Shown piece after piece: positions 26,601-36,339 of a stretch of DNA of 64,000 nt. The stretch spans positions 67,828,001-67,892,000 of the forward strand of contig NC_135804.1 of NCBI RefSeq assembly GCF_964213995.1, read 5' to 3'. This stretch comes from Mustelus asterias. Lineage: Eukaryota. Numbering within the stretch: position 1 is the first letter of the stretch; every line of letters starts with the position of its first letter. The translations under genes were made by a program, and so were the position numbers. A model generated the notes under the pieces. It searched no databases, had not been told where the DNA came from, and was given only the letters and a program-made list of their open reading frames with translations.

Positions 26601-27855
26601 CTGTGCTGTATTGTTCTTCGTTCTTTGTTCTAATGTTGTTTACTCTGAGCAAGGACAACTAAGGATGGACATTAAATGCTCGCCAGCCAGCGAAGCCCAA
26701 GTCCCACGAATAACTAAAAAAAGAAACAATTGTTGACACCAGCCATTCAGGAATAAACGTGGATGATTGAAGCATGAAAGGCGCCTCCAAACGTTTGGAT
26801 TGTGAGCCCCACTCGCTTGTAATTCGCGAAAGGGCATTGAAAATGCAAATATTGCGAGCGACTATAAAATTATTCATCCCGTTACAACGTTCCCACATTG
26901 AAAACGAATTTTACTTGTTAGTTTTGCTTGCGTTTTGCTTGGCAAACTTCAAGTCAAGGAGCATTTCTTTAAGATAGGGATTTGATAAACTTTGCAGTGT
27001 CGTTGCAACTGCAAGTTTTCCACTTTGTTGAACATCTGTTCTTCTAATCAAGTGAATGTGCTTTCAGCGCTCTGCATTTATTTATTTTAATGGTCTATTA
27101 ACCTTCTTTTATTGACTCCATCTACTATGCATGACATATTTTCAACTTACCATATATGAGTACTTGCACCGCAATATCGTTCACAATCGTCCGACGCTGA
27201 ATTTTGACTGCACAGTGATATGTTCCGGCATCCGGTATGTTGACATTCAGGAGTTGAAGGTACGCTCCACCTTTCATTATCTGGAAGCGTTTTCCGCTGT
27301 CCTCCTGCAGCAACCTCTTATTACCATCTTTCCACCAGAAAGCCGTTGCGTTTATAAAGTCGGTATGGAAAGGGAAAGGACATCGCAAGGTTACGTTTGT
27401 GCATCTGAGCGCCTTTATTGGTTCAATATCCGATGTGCCCATAGCAACTATAAACAAAAATGAACACACACATACTAAATCATACATATGCAATAAAAGT
27501 TGATGTATACTACGAAAATAACATCACCCGTTCAGTCCACATATACCGTAACAATTTAATGTGCCTCACTGCTAGAATTATTCTCGAGTTCCAGCATTTG
27601 TATTTCGACTTGAGATTTCTAAATATGTTTTACTCACCCAGACCCTTCCGACCACTAGGAACACGTGGCATGGCAATAAACACAATTTAAAAAAAAATAA
27701 AGACATTCACTTTTCCGCCAACTATGAGATCAACTTACTGTTGCGTCTGGCTCGCGAATCGTCATAGAAAACAAAATGAAAACATAAAATAGAAATCTAC
27801 CTGGAAGGAAAATCGACAAAAAAACTTTGCCCCAAAGCGAACAACCCATGACCAT
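17541..27855 (-). CDS. Spliced 7-exon gene for an inhibitory Ig-superfamily receptor (leader-V-C1-TM-ITIM tail; SIRP-alpha-like / non-rearranging antigen-receptor-like), 348 aa. Exons: 27855-27801, 27447-27151, 23214-22912, 21730-21623, 21175-21132, 17920-17810, 17669-17541
   Basis: All six introns are GT-AG with compatible phases (1,1,1,1,0,0). The joined CDS is 1047 nt with no internal stop: MVMGCSLWGKVFLSIFLPVAMGTSDIEPIKALRCTNVTLRCPFPFHTDFINATAFWWKDGNKRLLQEDSGKRFQIMKGGAYLQLLNVNIPDAGTYHCAVKIQRRTIVNDIAVQVLIYAPAAPLKIMSISSEEISSATIRLQCKTAAFYPKGFNLTWHKNGAQILSGFQNEQQANSEGLFEVVSNLKQQAIEQGTVYICQVYHVSSSMLANASYTFFDEANPSKINVLMVGGWSGGVLAILFLTLMLVIGVIKCKGAKKKSINTTQRTDEKERNSAEGKLLYAALYLTGSKRGEMPKQHREHTVYTETRQSTAESKLTYVALNLAGSRSSSKTTFGETRLTYAAVKTKS*. 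Confidence 0.9.
17810..17920 (-). CDS. Exon 6: cytoplasmic exon with ITIM LLYAAL and TVYTE
   Basis: Acceptor ttcctag, donor GAG|GTAAAT, 111 nt phase 0/0; KERNSAEGKLLYAALYLTGSKRGEMPKQHREHTVYTE. Confidence 0.85.
17985..19990 (-). mobile_element. Old CR1 LINE in intron 5 of the receptor gene
   Basis: SVLGPQLFTIDINDLD fragment; CR1 3' end near 17990. Confidence 0.8.
18693..18820. mobile_element. Short GC-rich MITE-like insertion within the intronic CR1
   Basis: Imperfect inverted ends ggaattttaccggcac / gtgccggtcagattc. Confidence 0.55.
21132..21175 (-). CDS. Exon 5: basic juxtamembrane cytoplasmic exon (GAKKKSINTTQRTDE)
   Basis: Acceptor atccttttcgaatttcaccag, donor GAG|GTAAGC, 44 nt; converts phase 1 to phase 0 as required to join exon 6. 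Confidence 0.82.
21623..21730 (-). CDS. Exon 4: stalk and transmembrane helix
   Basis: Acceptor ttctaattttgatag, donor AAAG|GTATGA, 108 nt; VLMVGGWSGGVLAILFLTLMLVIGVI followed by KCK; no charged TM residue. Confidence 0.88.
21915..22230 (-). mobile_element. HE1-type SINE in intron 3
   Basis: Similar to 3562-3904. Confidence 0.85.
22912..23214 (-). CDS. Exon 3: Ig C1-set domain
   Basis: Acceptor ...gaatttag, donor G|GTAATC, 303 nt phase 1/1; C1 hallmarks LQCKTAAFYP, LTWHKNG, FEVVSNL, YICQVYH. Confidence 0.93.
23530..23781 (+). mobile_element. Older tRNA-derived SINE (resembles SacSINE1/Deu type), split by a CR1; the 3' part resumes at 26632-26725
   Basis: gaccatgaaaccattgtcgattg...catctggttca...ctccagattcacagcaatgt, shared with 47775-47985 and 39175-39660. 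Confidence 0.6.
23782..26631 (+). mobile_element. Young CR1 LINE ORF2 (APE endonuclease + RT, frameshifted) in intron 2, antisense to the gene
   Basis: [39 protein letters not shown]; aatgtt direct repeat at 23776-23781 and 26632-26637. Confidence 0.95.
27151..27447 (-). CDS. Exon 2: Ig V-set domain
   Basis: Acceptor tttttgtttatag, donor G|GTAAGT, 297 nt phase 1/1; motifs NVTLRC, FWWK, LQLLNV..DAGTYHC. Confidence 0.93.
27801..27855 (-). CDS. Exon 1: leader/signal peptide (MVMGCSLWGKVFLSIFLP)
   Basis: ATG at 27855 (alternative at 27849), hydrophobic 18 codons plus 1 nt, phase-1 donor CAG|GTAGAT; joins in frame to exon 2 (...LPVAMG). Confidence 0.8.
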
Positions 27856-27939
27856 ATGGACGCAGAGACAATGATAGATAATACGCTGAGATTATATACC
27901 GAACAGACGGATATCCGTCGGATGGGCGGCTCCGATTTG

Positions 27940-28430
27940 ATTATAAACGACTACTGATCAGTAAGCAAATGACAAGATAATGCTGAGTAAAACAAATGCA
28001 TATCTTTTCGAACAAGATATTCCGGCGTGTGAGTGAGCTGAAGGAGTAATGGGAAACAGAAGGCAACGATATCAAAACAGACTGGTGAGGGAGGGGCGTG
28101 GTGAATGGGACTGGTCCCGGGCGGTATCGATGAACAAATGGTAAATGACACGTCAAGTCCATGAATCGCCATTTTGTCAGCCACCATGGGGGAATAATAT
28201 TGCAAGTCTTCACAAGATAGGTTCCCCAAATATTTGTGTTGGGTTCACTGTGGGCCTACGTTGATCGTTTAAAGTGCCATTGGTCCGAACCGTCTGGTTG
28301 ATTCAGGCAGCAAACAGGTGAGAAGTGAGTAGAGCCTGTCGGATAAATATTAATTATATTGCTTGATGCACAATTAGATTGTGGGAGATGACGCAATTTC
28401 CCGGTAATGGAATATCTGTGGAAATTTCCG
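27940..28430 (-). promoter_or_regulatory. Putative proximal promoter of the receptor gene
   Basis: Repeat-free DNA upstream of the ATG with GC box GGGGCGTGG (28093-28101), ATGACGCAAT (28388-28397) and palindromic GGAAATTTCC (28420-28429); motif matches only. Confidence 0.35.
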
Positions 28431-28789
28431 AATTTGACTTCTAGTGGTTTTTGCTATTTTTCTGCGCGGAGTGTAGACTAGGGTTTTATTGAATTCTGCG
28501 CGCAGTTGGAGGTGGGGCCGAGCTGGTGCTAGACCTCGCCAGTTCGCTTTTCAGCTGTCTTCGTTTCCAACTGCAGGCCTGCAGCGTCAGTTTAAGACAC
28601 TCTTCTCCAAGTATCCTACGAATGAGAATAAACCCGGGACAATATACAAATTGCTGGGTTAAAAATGAGATGTACACTTCTCACAAATCAATCAATTTAA
28701 TACATTTTGCTGATACATTGTATTTTCCTCTGGAGAAATTCGAACACTATCACTAACAAGAAACTGATCTTAACATGGACTATAGATAT

Positions 28790-31700
28790 GAAAATCAGGT
28801 ATCAGGTGAAAGTCACAGCCAACGACACCAAAGTAGCATTTGACCGAGTGTCAAGGAGCTCTAACTTCACTGGCGTCAATGGGAATAAGAGGGAAAACGC
28901 TCCGCTGACTGGAAGCATACCGCATACCTGGCACAACAAAGGAATTTTTTGGTGAATTTAGGTCAATTATCTCAGTTCCACGACAACACTGCAGGAGTTA
29001 CTCGGTGTGATATCCTGGACCCAAACATCTTCAGCTGCTTCTTCGATGACCTTCTTTCCATCATAAGGCCGGAAGTGTGGATTTGTTTTCAGGTGACTGC
29101 TGAATATTGACAAGAATTTGCGACTCATTAGATACTGAAGCAGTCTATAGAAAAAAATACAGCAAGGCCTGTACAATATTCAGGCATTAGCTGAAAACAA
29201 CAGAAAAAGAACATTCACGCCACACAAGTGCTGAGCATCTCCAAAAAGGGACTATCTAGTCTGTCAACGGTGCATGACGTTAACATCGCTGAGTCTTCCA
29301 CTGTCAACATCCTGGAGGTTACTATAGAATAGAATTTGAACTGGTCTAGCCACATACAAGAGTGCTTTGCGTGGCAATTCAAAGGCTAGGTATCCTGCGG
29401 CGAGAAACTCTCTTCCTGGTTCCCCAATGCTTGCCCTTCATTTATAAGGCGCAGGTCTGGAGTGTGATGGAAGACACACCGCTTGTCTGGGTGAGTGCAT
29501 CCGCAACAACATTCAGTAAGTTCCACATATTCAGGACAATGCAGCTCGCTGGATTGCTACACCCTCCGCATCATTTCGTCCTTCTACCAGCGACGAATAC
29601 TTGCAGCCTTGTGCAGCAACTGTAAAATGCACTGCACTACAAAATGAACGAATGTTCCTGAGGTTGTAGTGTCATCGAGAAGGCAAGAGTTGCAGATATA
29701 TGCTGGAGCAGAAAAGTTCCAAGTGACTTTGGCAAAACACAAGAACTAAACAATGATCATCTGCAATGCAAAATAATCCAACCATTGATTCTTGACATTC
29801 AATGTCATTCCCCTCAGTGAAAACCACACGACCAACATCCAAAGGGTTTTCATTTACCAGAAACTTAAGTAAACCATCCATATAAATAGTTGGCATGCAC
29901 ATGAAATCTGTAAAATAAAGGGGTTCATAATTTGAAGTCATATCCAGCACAAAGTAATATGGTTGCGGTTGCAGGAGGTAAATAATCTAATCTCCTGGAT
30001 ATCACTGCAGAAATTCCGCAGGGCAATGTCCTCCGATGAACTGCTTCATCAATAAGCTGTCTTCCATCATCAGGTAAGAAGTGGGATAGTTCTTTGATGT
30101 TTGCAAAAGATTCAAAATTATTCGAGGTGCTTCAGACTCTGAAGCAGCTAATGTCAAAACGGAACAGGTCCTGCACAATATCCGGGCTTGAGCAGACATC
30201 TGCCATTGGCAATACACAAGTACTAACCAATGCCCAGCTACAATAAGCGATAATCTAACCATTGTGTATTGACATTCAATGTCATTTACTTCACCAAATT
30301 ACACAGAATCAACATCCCAGGGGTTACCATTTACGAAAAATTTAAGTAGACTTTCGTTTCAAATATTTTGGCTCCAGAAACATTTAAGAAGCTCGGGATG
30401 CTGCAGCGAGTTACTCACATGCTGACTTCCCAACGCCTGCCCACTATCAACAAGGCATAGCTTAGGAGTGTGATGGAATATCATTTATGAACTGGATGAA
30501 TGAAGCTCAAATATTACTAAAGAAGCTCAGCACATTCAGAAACACATCCTGGAAGTTCCCCTCATCAGTCACTTTGCAGACTTGGAAATCTATTGCCATT
30601 CGGTCAAAATCCTGGATCTTTCGTCTCCCCCAGACCCAACGGCGCTGTTGGTGCACATGTAACTTGGGGACTGCAGCCTTGCAAGAGGCAGTTCACCACC
30701 ACCTTTTGAAAGGCAACTCGGGATGGTCAATAAATTTTGGCCTAACTATCGATGTCCGCAAAGCATAAGTTAAGTTACAAACTGACCTATGGTCTTCAAA
30801 GCCAGCATGAAATGTTGATGGATGCATGCTTCTCGACAACGCACTCCCAACCTCGGTCGTTGTGTACTTGAAACAACATTGATTGGAAATGCCCCAAATT
30901 GCATTGCTTATTGTTTTACCAGTTCCATCAGCTCACCGTAATTTTGACACCAGTTAGTTCAGACACTCTTTGTACAAGGCTCAATTATGTGTTATAACGT
31001 AGGCAGTTGCATGAAATCTGGAAACTAAAAGTGTTCATTATTTGTAGTAATACCCAACACAAAGTAATATGGTTGCGGTTGCAAGAGGTCAGTCATCTAA
31101 TTTCCAGAACATCACTGCAGGAATTCCGCAGGGCCGCGTTCACAGGTGAACTGCTTCATCAATGCCCTGTCTTCCGTCATAGGATAAGAAATGAGGAAGC
31201 TTTTTGATGTTTGCAAAAGGTTCAAAATTATTCGTACTTGACTTTGAAGCACCTAATATCTACACAGAACAGGCCCTGGACAATATCCAAGCTTGGGCAG
31301 CGAAGTGCCAGCTGACGTTGGCAATACCCAAGTGCGAAACAATGACTGGCTACACTAAGAAGTAATCTAATAATTGCGACTTCACATTCAGAGTAATTTC
31401 CATCAGTGAATCTCACACTATCAATATCCGAGAGGGTTACGATTTAATGAAAACTTAAGTAGACTATCCATATAAATATTTTGGCTGCAAGAACAGTTCA
31501 GAGGCTAGGGATGCTGCGGCGAGTTACTCGTCCGCTGTGTCCAGAACACCTGTCCGCCACCAAAAAGCCATACGTCATGTGATGGAGTATCTTCTATGGT
31601 CTGGATGAATGGAGGTCAAATATGGCTAAATAAGCTAATCGGATTCAAAAACGAACTGCCGCTTAAATTGCATCGCGTCCACAAATATTCCATCCTTCTA

Positions 31701-32075
31701 ACATGGACGAACAGTGCAGCAATCTGTACCATGCAAAAGATGCACTGCTGTAAATTCCCAGAGTCTCTGAGACAGCACGTTCCAAGCTAATCACTGCTCC
31801 GATCTGGAAGGAACAGGGAAGCAGGAATATGTAAGCATCACCATCTGACAGTTTCCCTTCAAGTCACTCACCATCCTGACGTGCGACTATATCACCGTTC
31901 CTTCACTGTCGCTGGGTCAAAATCCAAAATCTCCCTCCATAACCGTACCGTGCCTGTAAATGCACCACATGGACTACAACAGTTCAATATAGTCATTAAA
32001 TCCCAAATTCTGAAGGACAATAAAGATGGGCAATAAATCCTGGACTTGCCAATTACTCCCACATCGTGTAAACTT
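28790..32075 (+). mobile_element. Cluster of old L2/CR1-clade LINE 3' fragments (3-4 overlapping copies)
   Basis: Decayed RT-like text repeated at ~28970, ~29950 and ~31055; 3' ends gatgggcaataaat. Confidence 0.65.
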
Positions 32076-32439
32076 ATCAAAAAGATTTATGAAGTTCAAA
32101 GAGCTCTTGAATAACTGGTAGATATAGCAAATTTAGACTTCACAATACTTGTCCTGAATTTTGGATTAATGGTCTGGAGGCTAAAATAAAATAGTATTTG
32201 TCTTGATCGTAACTGGTGACGTTGTTTGTTGAAGTAATGTCGGAGAAAATCTGGTTATTGAGCGGTTTTGGTAGTCAATTGCTCAGGTGTTTTGGTAGCG
32301 TTCCTTCCGTCCTTCCGCCTTAATCCTGAATATTTCATGCACACATGAATATATCAATCTGGCAGCATCACGCAGTCATATAAAACGTAAAAAAAAGTTA
32401 TTGTTAATTGGCAATAATCTTCAGTCTGATTCAGCACTT

Positions 32440-33250
32440 TATTTGATTTGGTTTGATTTGATTTGTTATTGGCATATGAACTGGGGTATAGTGAAGAGTT
32501 TTGTTTCTTGTGCCCTGTTCAGGCAGAACATACCGTTCATAAAATACATAGCATAAAAAGGAATAATAGGGTGCAGAATATATTGTGGCAGTTACACGTA
32601 GGGTGAAGAGAAAGATCACCTTAATAAATGATGGGCCATTCAAAAGTCTGATGATTCTGTTACTCTGTGCTTTCAGACAGTTGTATCCATTTTACCGACG
32701 GAGAAAGGTGAAAAAGTGATTATCTTTTGTGTGCGGCTTCTTTCCCGAGGGAGAGCGAAGTATACAGGGAATCAATGGACAGGAAAATTGTTTGCGTTGT
32801 TGGCTCGGCGAGGGTCACAATCCTTTGTAGTTTCTTTCGGTCTTGGGCAGAGCAGAAACCACAACAAGCAATGAAACAACCGGAAAGGATACTTTCTATG
32901 GTGCATCTGTAAAAATTGGGAAACGTCGGAGTGGAGCTACCAAATTTCCTTAAGCATATGAGAAAGTTGCTGAGCTTTCTTAAATATAACGTCGGCTGGA
33001 GGGACCAGGACATATTGTTGATGATCAGACCACCTCGAAACCTGAAGCTCTCGACTATCACCGCTTCATCATCGCTGATGTAGGCATGGTATATCTTCCA
33101 CGACTTTCCAGAAGTCGATGACGGGCTCCTTCGTTTTTCTGACAGTGAGGGAAAGCGGAGAACAGCAAAGAGATATAGAATTTGGTGAAATGGTGCAACG
33201 ACCATAACCTCGCCCTTAATGTCATTAAAACGGTGGTAATCGACTTCAGA
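32440..33250 (-). mobile_element. Rex1/Babar LINE 3' fragment with (atttg)n tail
   Basis: FYRCTIESILSGCF..C..QDRKKLQRIV. Confidence 0.8.
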
Positions 33251-33519
33251 AAAAGATAATAGCTAAGAAACCGACCTAAAGGAGTGACTTGAGGACAGTA
33301 TTCAACTAAAATGTCGAAGCTAAGTGAATGTCAGAGGTATATCGTGTCCGCAAAATAAGTTTACTTGGTTTAAATACTGCGTGTTGTAATTATCTGGACC
33401 ATTTTGTTGTCTTCTTGAAGTTTCATGATTAGCGTGGTAATGCGATTTTTTTTTGCTGTGATGTCTGTCAAATTCACTACTTTCATGCATTTGCTTCATT
33501 ATTTCACGTTATTTGGGGG

Positions 33520-34585
33520 CCACTTGATAGTCTAAGTGAGGTTATCAATCCCTGATTGTCTTTTCAAACGTGGTAGTGACACATTTTCTTATAATGCCGC
33601 AGTACATGTCCTGCAGTTGCACCGACAGCGCTAGCAGGAAGAGAGTTCCAGATTTGTGACGGTACAACAGCTAGGGAATGGCAATGTTCCATGGTAGCAT
33701 GGTGTGTGGTTTAGCGGGAAACGTTCAAGTAGAAGTTGTTGGAACTGAACTCATTCAGGCATGTTAAGGGTATTCCATCGCATCAATCTCCTGCATTGTT
33801 TCGTGCTGGTGTTGGACTACATTTGCAGAATGACAAGGTGAGTTACTGGCGAAGTATCCGCAGCGTCTGACTTGTAACTGTAGCCACAGTAATTATATGG
33901 CTTGTTTCGTCAGTTTTCGGTAAATTGTATCTCTTAGGATGTTGGTAGTGGGGCGCAGTAAGTAAAGGTGAGATTGTTGGGTTATTTTTTGTCGGAGATG
34001 GACATTGCTTGGCACTGCTATGGTGCTCGAGTTCCTTGCAAGTAATCAGACTTAATCTAAAAGTTACCCGATAAATTTTGCACATGGACACGAATAGCTT
34101 CAGTATCCGAATAGTTGATGGTGCGGGAATAGTGCTGAGCTGCCGCAATCAGCGGAGAATATTTGAACAACTGACTTAAGTTGGAGGAAACGTCATTGAT
34201 GAAACGTCTGAAGATGGTTGGGCCCAGAACGGAACACTGTCACCTCCCGCAACTCCAGCCAGCTAACGTTCTGTTGGATGTGAGCGTGACAATCAACCCC
34301 ACCCTCCAATTCCCAACCCCTCCATTCGTCTTAACTCAGTTTAGGTGGGGCTAATGATAATGCACTCGCAGAAATGATGCCCTGATGTCAAAGGCATTCA
34401 CTTTCACCGCGTGTCTCGAATGTATCTATTATATCCATACGCATAGCAAGTCTGTAATGAGGTAAGGACATGAATGTTTCTGGTGGGAAACAAAATGGAC
34501 GCCAGCGATCTGGTTATTGCCATCAAAGTGCTGCTCGGTCGCATTGTCGAGCAAATCTCCCATTTCTTTGTTGATGATCTGGACT
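33520..34585 (-). mobile_element. Old L2/CR1-clade LINE fragment
   Basis: Reverse-complement similarity to 28790-32075. Confidence 0.55.
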
Positions 34586-36339
34586 AGAAAATAGACGAAC
34601 AATTAATTTCTGAGAAACGACGTGAATCGCATGCCTGAGAATAACAAGAATCCGACCTGCTTTGAAAAGAACGCTCGTGATTCTGCAGTGTAACCATAAT
34701 ATATGCAGATAGACCAGAGCGAAATGTTTCCAACACCGGCTTGGAACATGAAAAATATGTGCATAGCAGTAAAAGTTTACATAGCAGTAAAAGTATAAAA
34801 GTTACAAACAAAAATGAACGTCCTAACCATATGTCAGCTCGAGACTCTGTCCATTTTCCATTGTGCGGCTGAAAGGACATGTTTCGCAATAAACTGACAT
34901 TCTGATGTTCCTGTGGTTACCTTATGTCAGTAGAACCAAAAGCTCATCCGGTGGATAGCTTTTTTTGCGAGAAAAATGCAAAGGGGCAGTTACATTTGAA
35001 AAAAAAAATCATAAATTTATTGAATTTAATCATGTTACTGATGTAAGAATTTAATGATTGTTTTTGTTTCAGCTTGCTTACAGTTTATCTCTCAAAATCA
35101 ACTTTGAATACAGAGATGCATTCATGGTTACGAGGTGGCGCTTCTTGATCCGGAGCATATTTCTTCGATATCGGGTGAGTACACAACTTGAAAGCCAAGA
35201 AATAAATTATGCCGTTCAAGTAAACAGACGGGAATTGTGTGTTATTCATTGACAAACTAAATATGCACATTCGTCCGGTGAAAATCCTGGAATTTCCTCC
35301 CCTACGGCATTGTGGGTCAACCCACATCACATGGAATGCAGCGATTCAAGTAGGCAGCTTTCCACCACCTTCTCAAGGGCAATTCGAGATGGGCAATTAA
35401 TACTGGCCAGTCAGCGACGTCCATGTCCCACGAATAAATAACAATTAACGACTGTGTTGAATTTGTAGGAGATGTGAATTGAGTCATATTTGGTGCTTTG
35501 CAGGCTACTCCGGCTAACCAATTACGCACCATATGTTCATCCCATGACGGAATGCATTGGAGTAATGTGAGGAATAAAAATGGTGATCCATTCAGCTGGA
35601 CTGTTCCTCTTGTGAAACATAAAATATTTGTGAGGAACCAGTGAAGTCTTTAAGCTTCCAAAACCTCTTTGGCAATGACATTAATAGGGTCTTTCATTTG
35701 ATACGGCGGAGAAATGTTTTGTAATTGTCATTAAAAGAGCACGGATACTGGATTCGGACGGCTGTTTTAAGGCCTGATGCGTACCGACTGTCTAATACTT
35801 TACGGAAAGCGATTAATAATTTGAGCCGACTCCTAAAATGGAGACGCCTGCGGGGAAATACATATTTTGAAAATAAAAGATTCGCAATTGATAAATCGGA
35901 AACTGAATTTGCATTAATCCCCAGGGTGCACACGAGCGTGGTGACGACAGATTCTCTGCGCCGAACTGAACACGTTATATAAATATGGGCATGATAAGTG
36001 GCGAGTTTTAAAACAGATGACCCAAGCACGGAACCGGAGTTTTATCAGTGCTCAAATTCTTTGTTGCATCTCGTGTGTTCTCTCGTTAGTTGATATCTCA
36101 TTGATTCAATCGAACTGCACGAATATTGACATCTACCATGCCGTGATGGGCGGACGTCCATCTCTTGTCATTTCCAGATGAACGTTGTTGCCAACTTTTA
36201 AACCTTGTCATTTGCACTCAGCTTTGCCGAATCCGTTGATAAAGGTACTCTCTCTTCACTCTGTTCGTTGTGTAATCGTCCACAGCAAAGCAGGACTGAA
36301 AAGAAATGGCACTCCCAGCGTGCGGCATATAGTTGCATA

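Noticed and set aside
27211-27217. Perfect RSS heptamer CACAGTG inside the V exon (codons Y-H-C-A on the minus strand)
   Set aside because: There is no nonamer at a 12- or 23-bp spacer, it is explained by the YxC codons, and the V exon already contains its G strand and splice donor. No evidence for RAG rearrangement.
17541-27855. Naming the gene SIRPA, an Ig light chain, TCR, NKp30 or tapasin
   Set aside because: It has one C1 rather than two, no separate J segments, an uncharged TM and an ITIM tail. Orthology cannot be established without phylogeny and synteny, so no symbol is assigned.
34584-34889. Hydrophobic ORF (FLFVTFILLLLCKLLLLC) suggesting a TM exon
   Set aside because: The hydrophobicity derives from a short AT-rich tandem repeat; no supporting exon structure.
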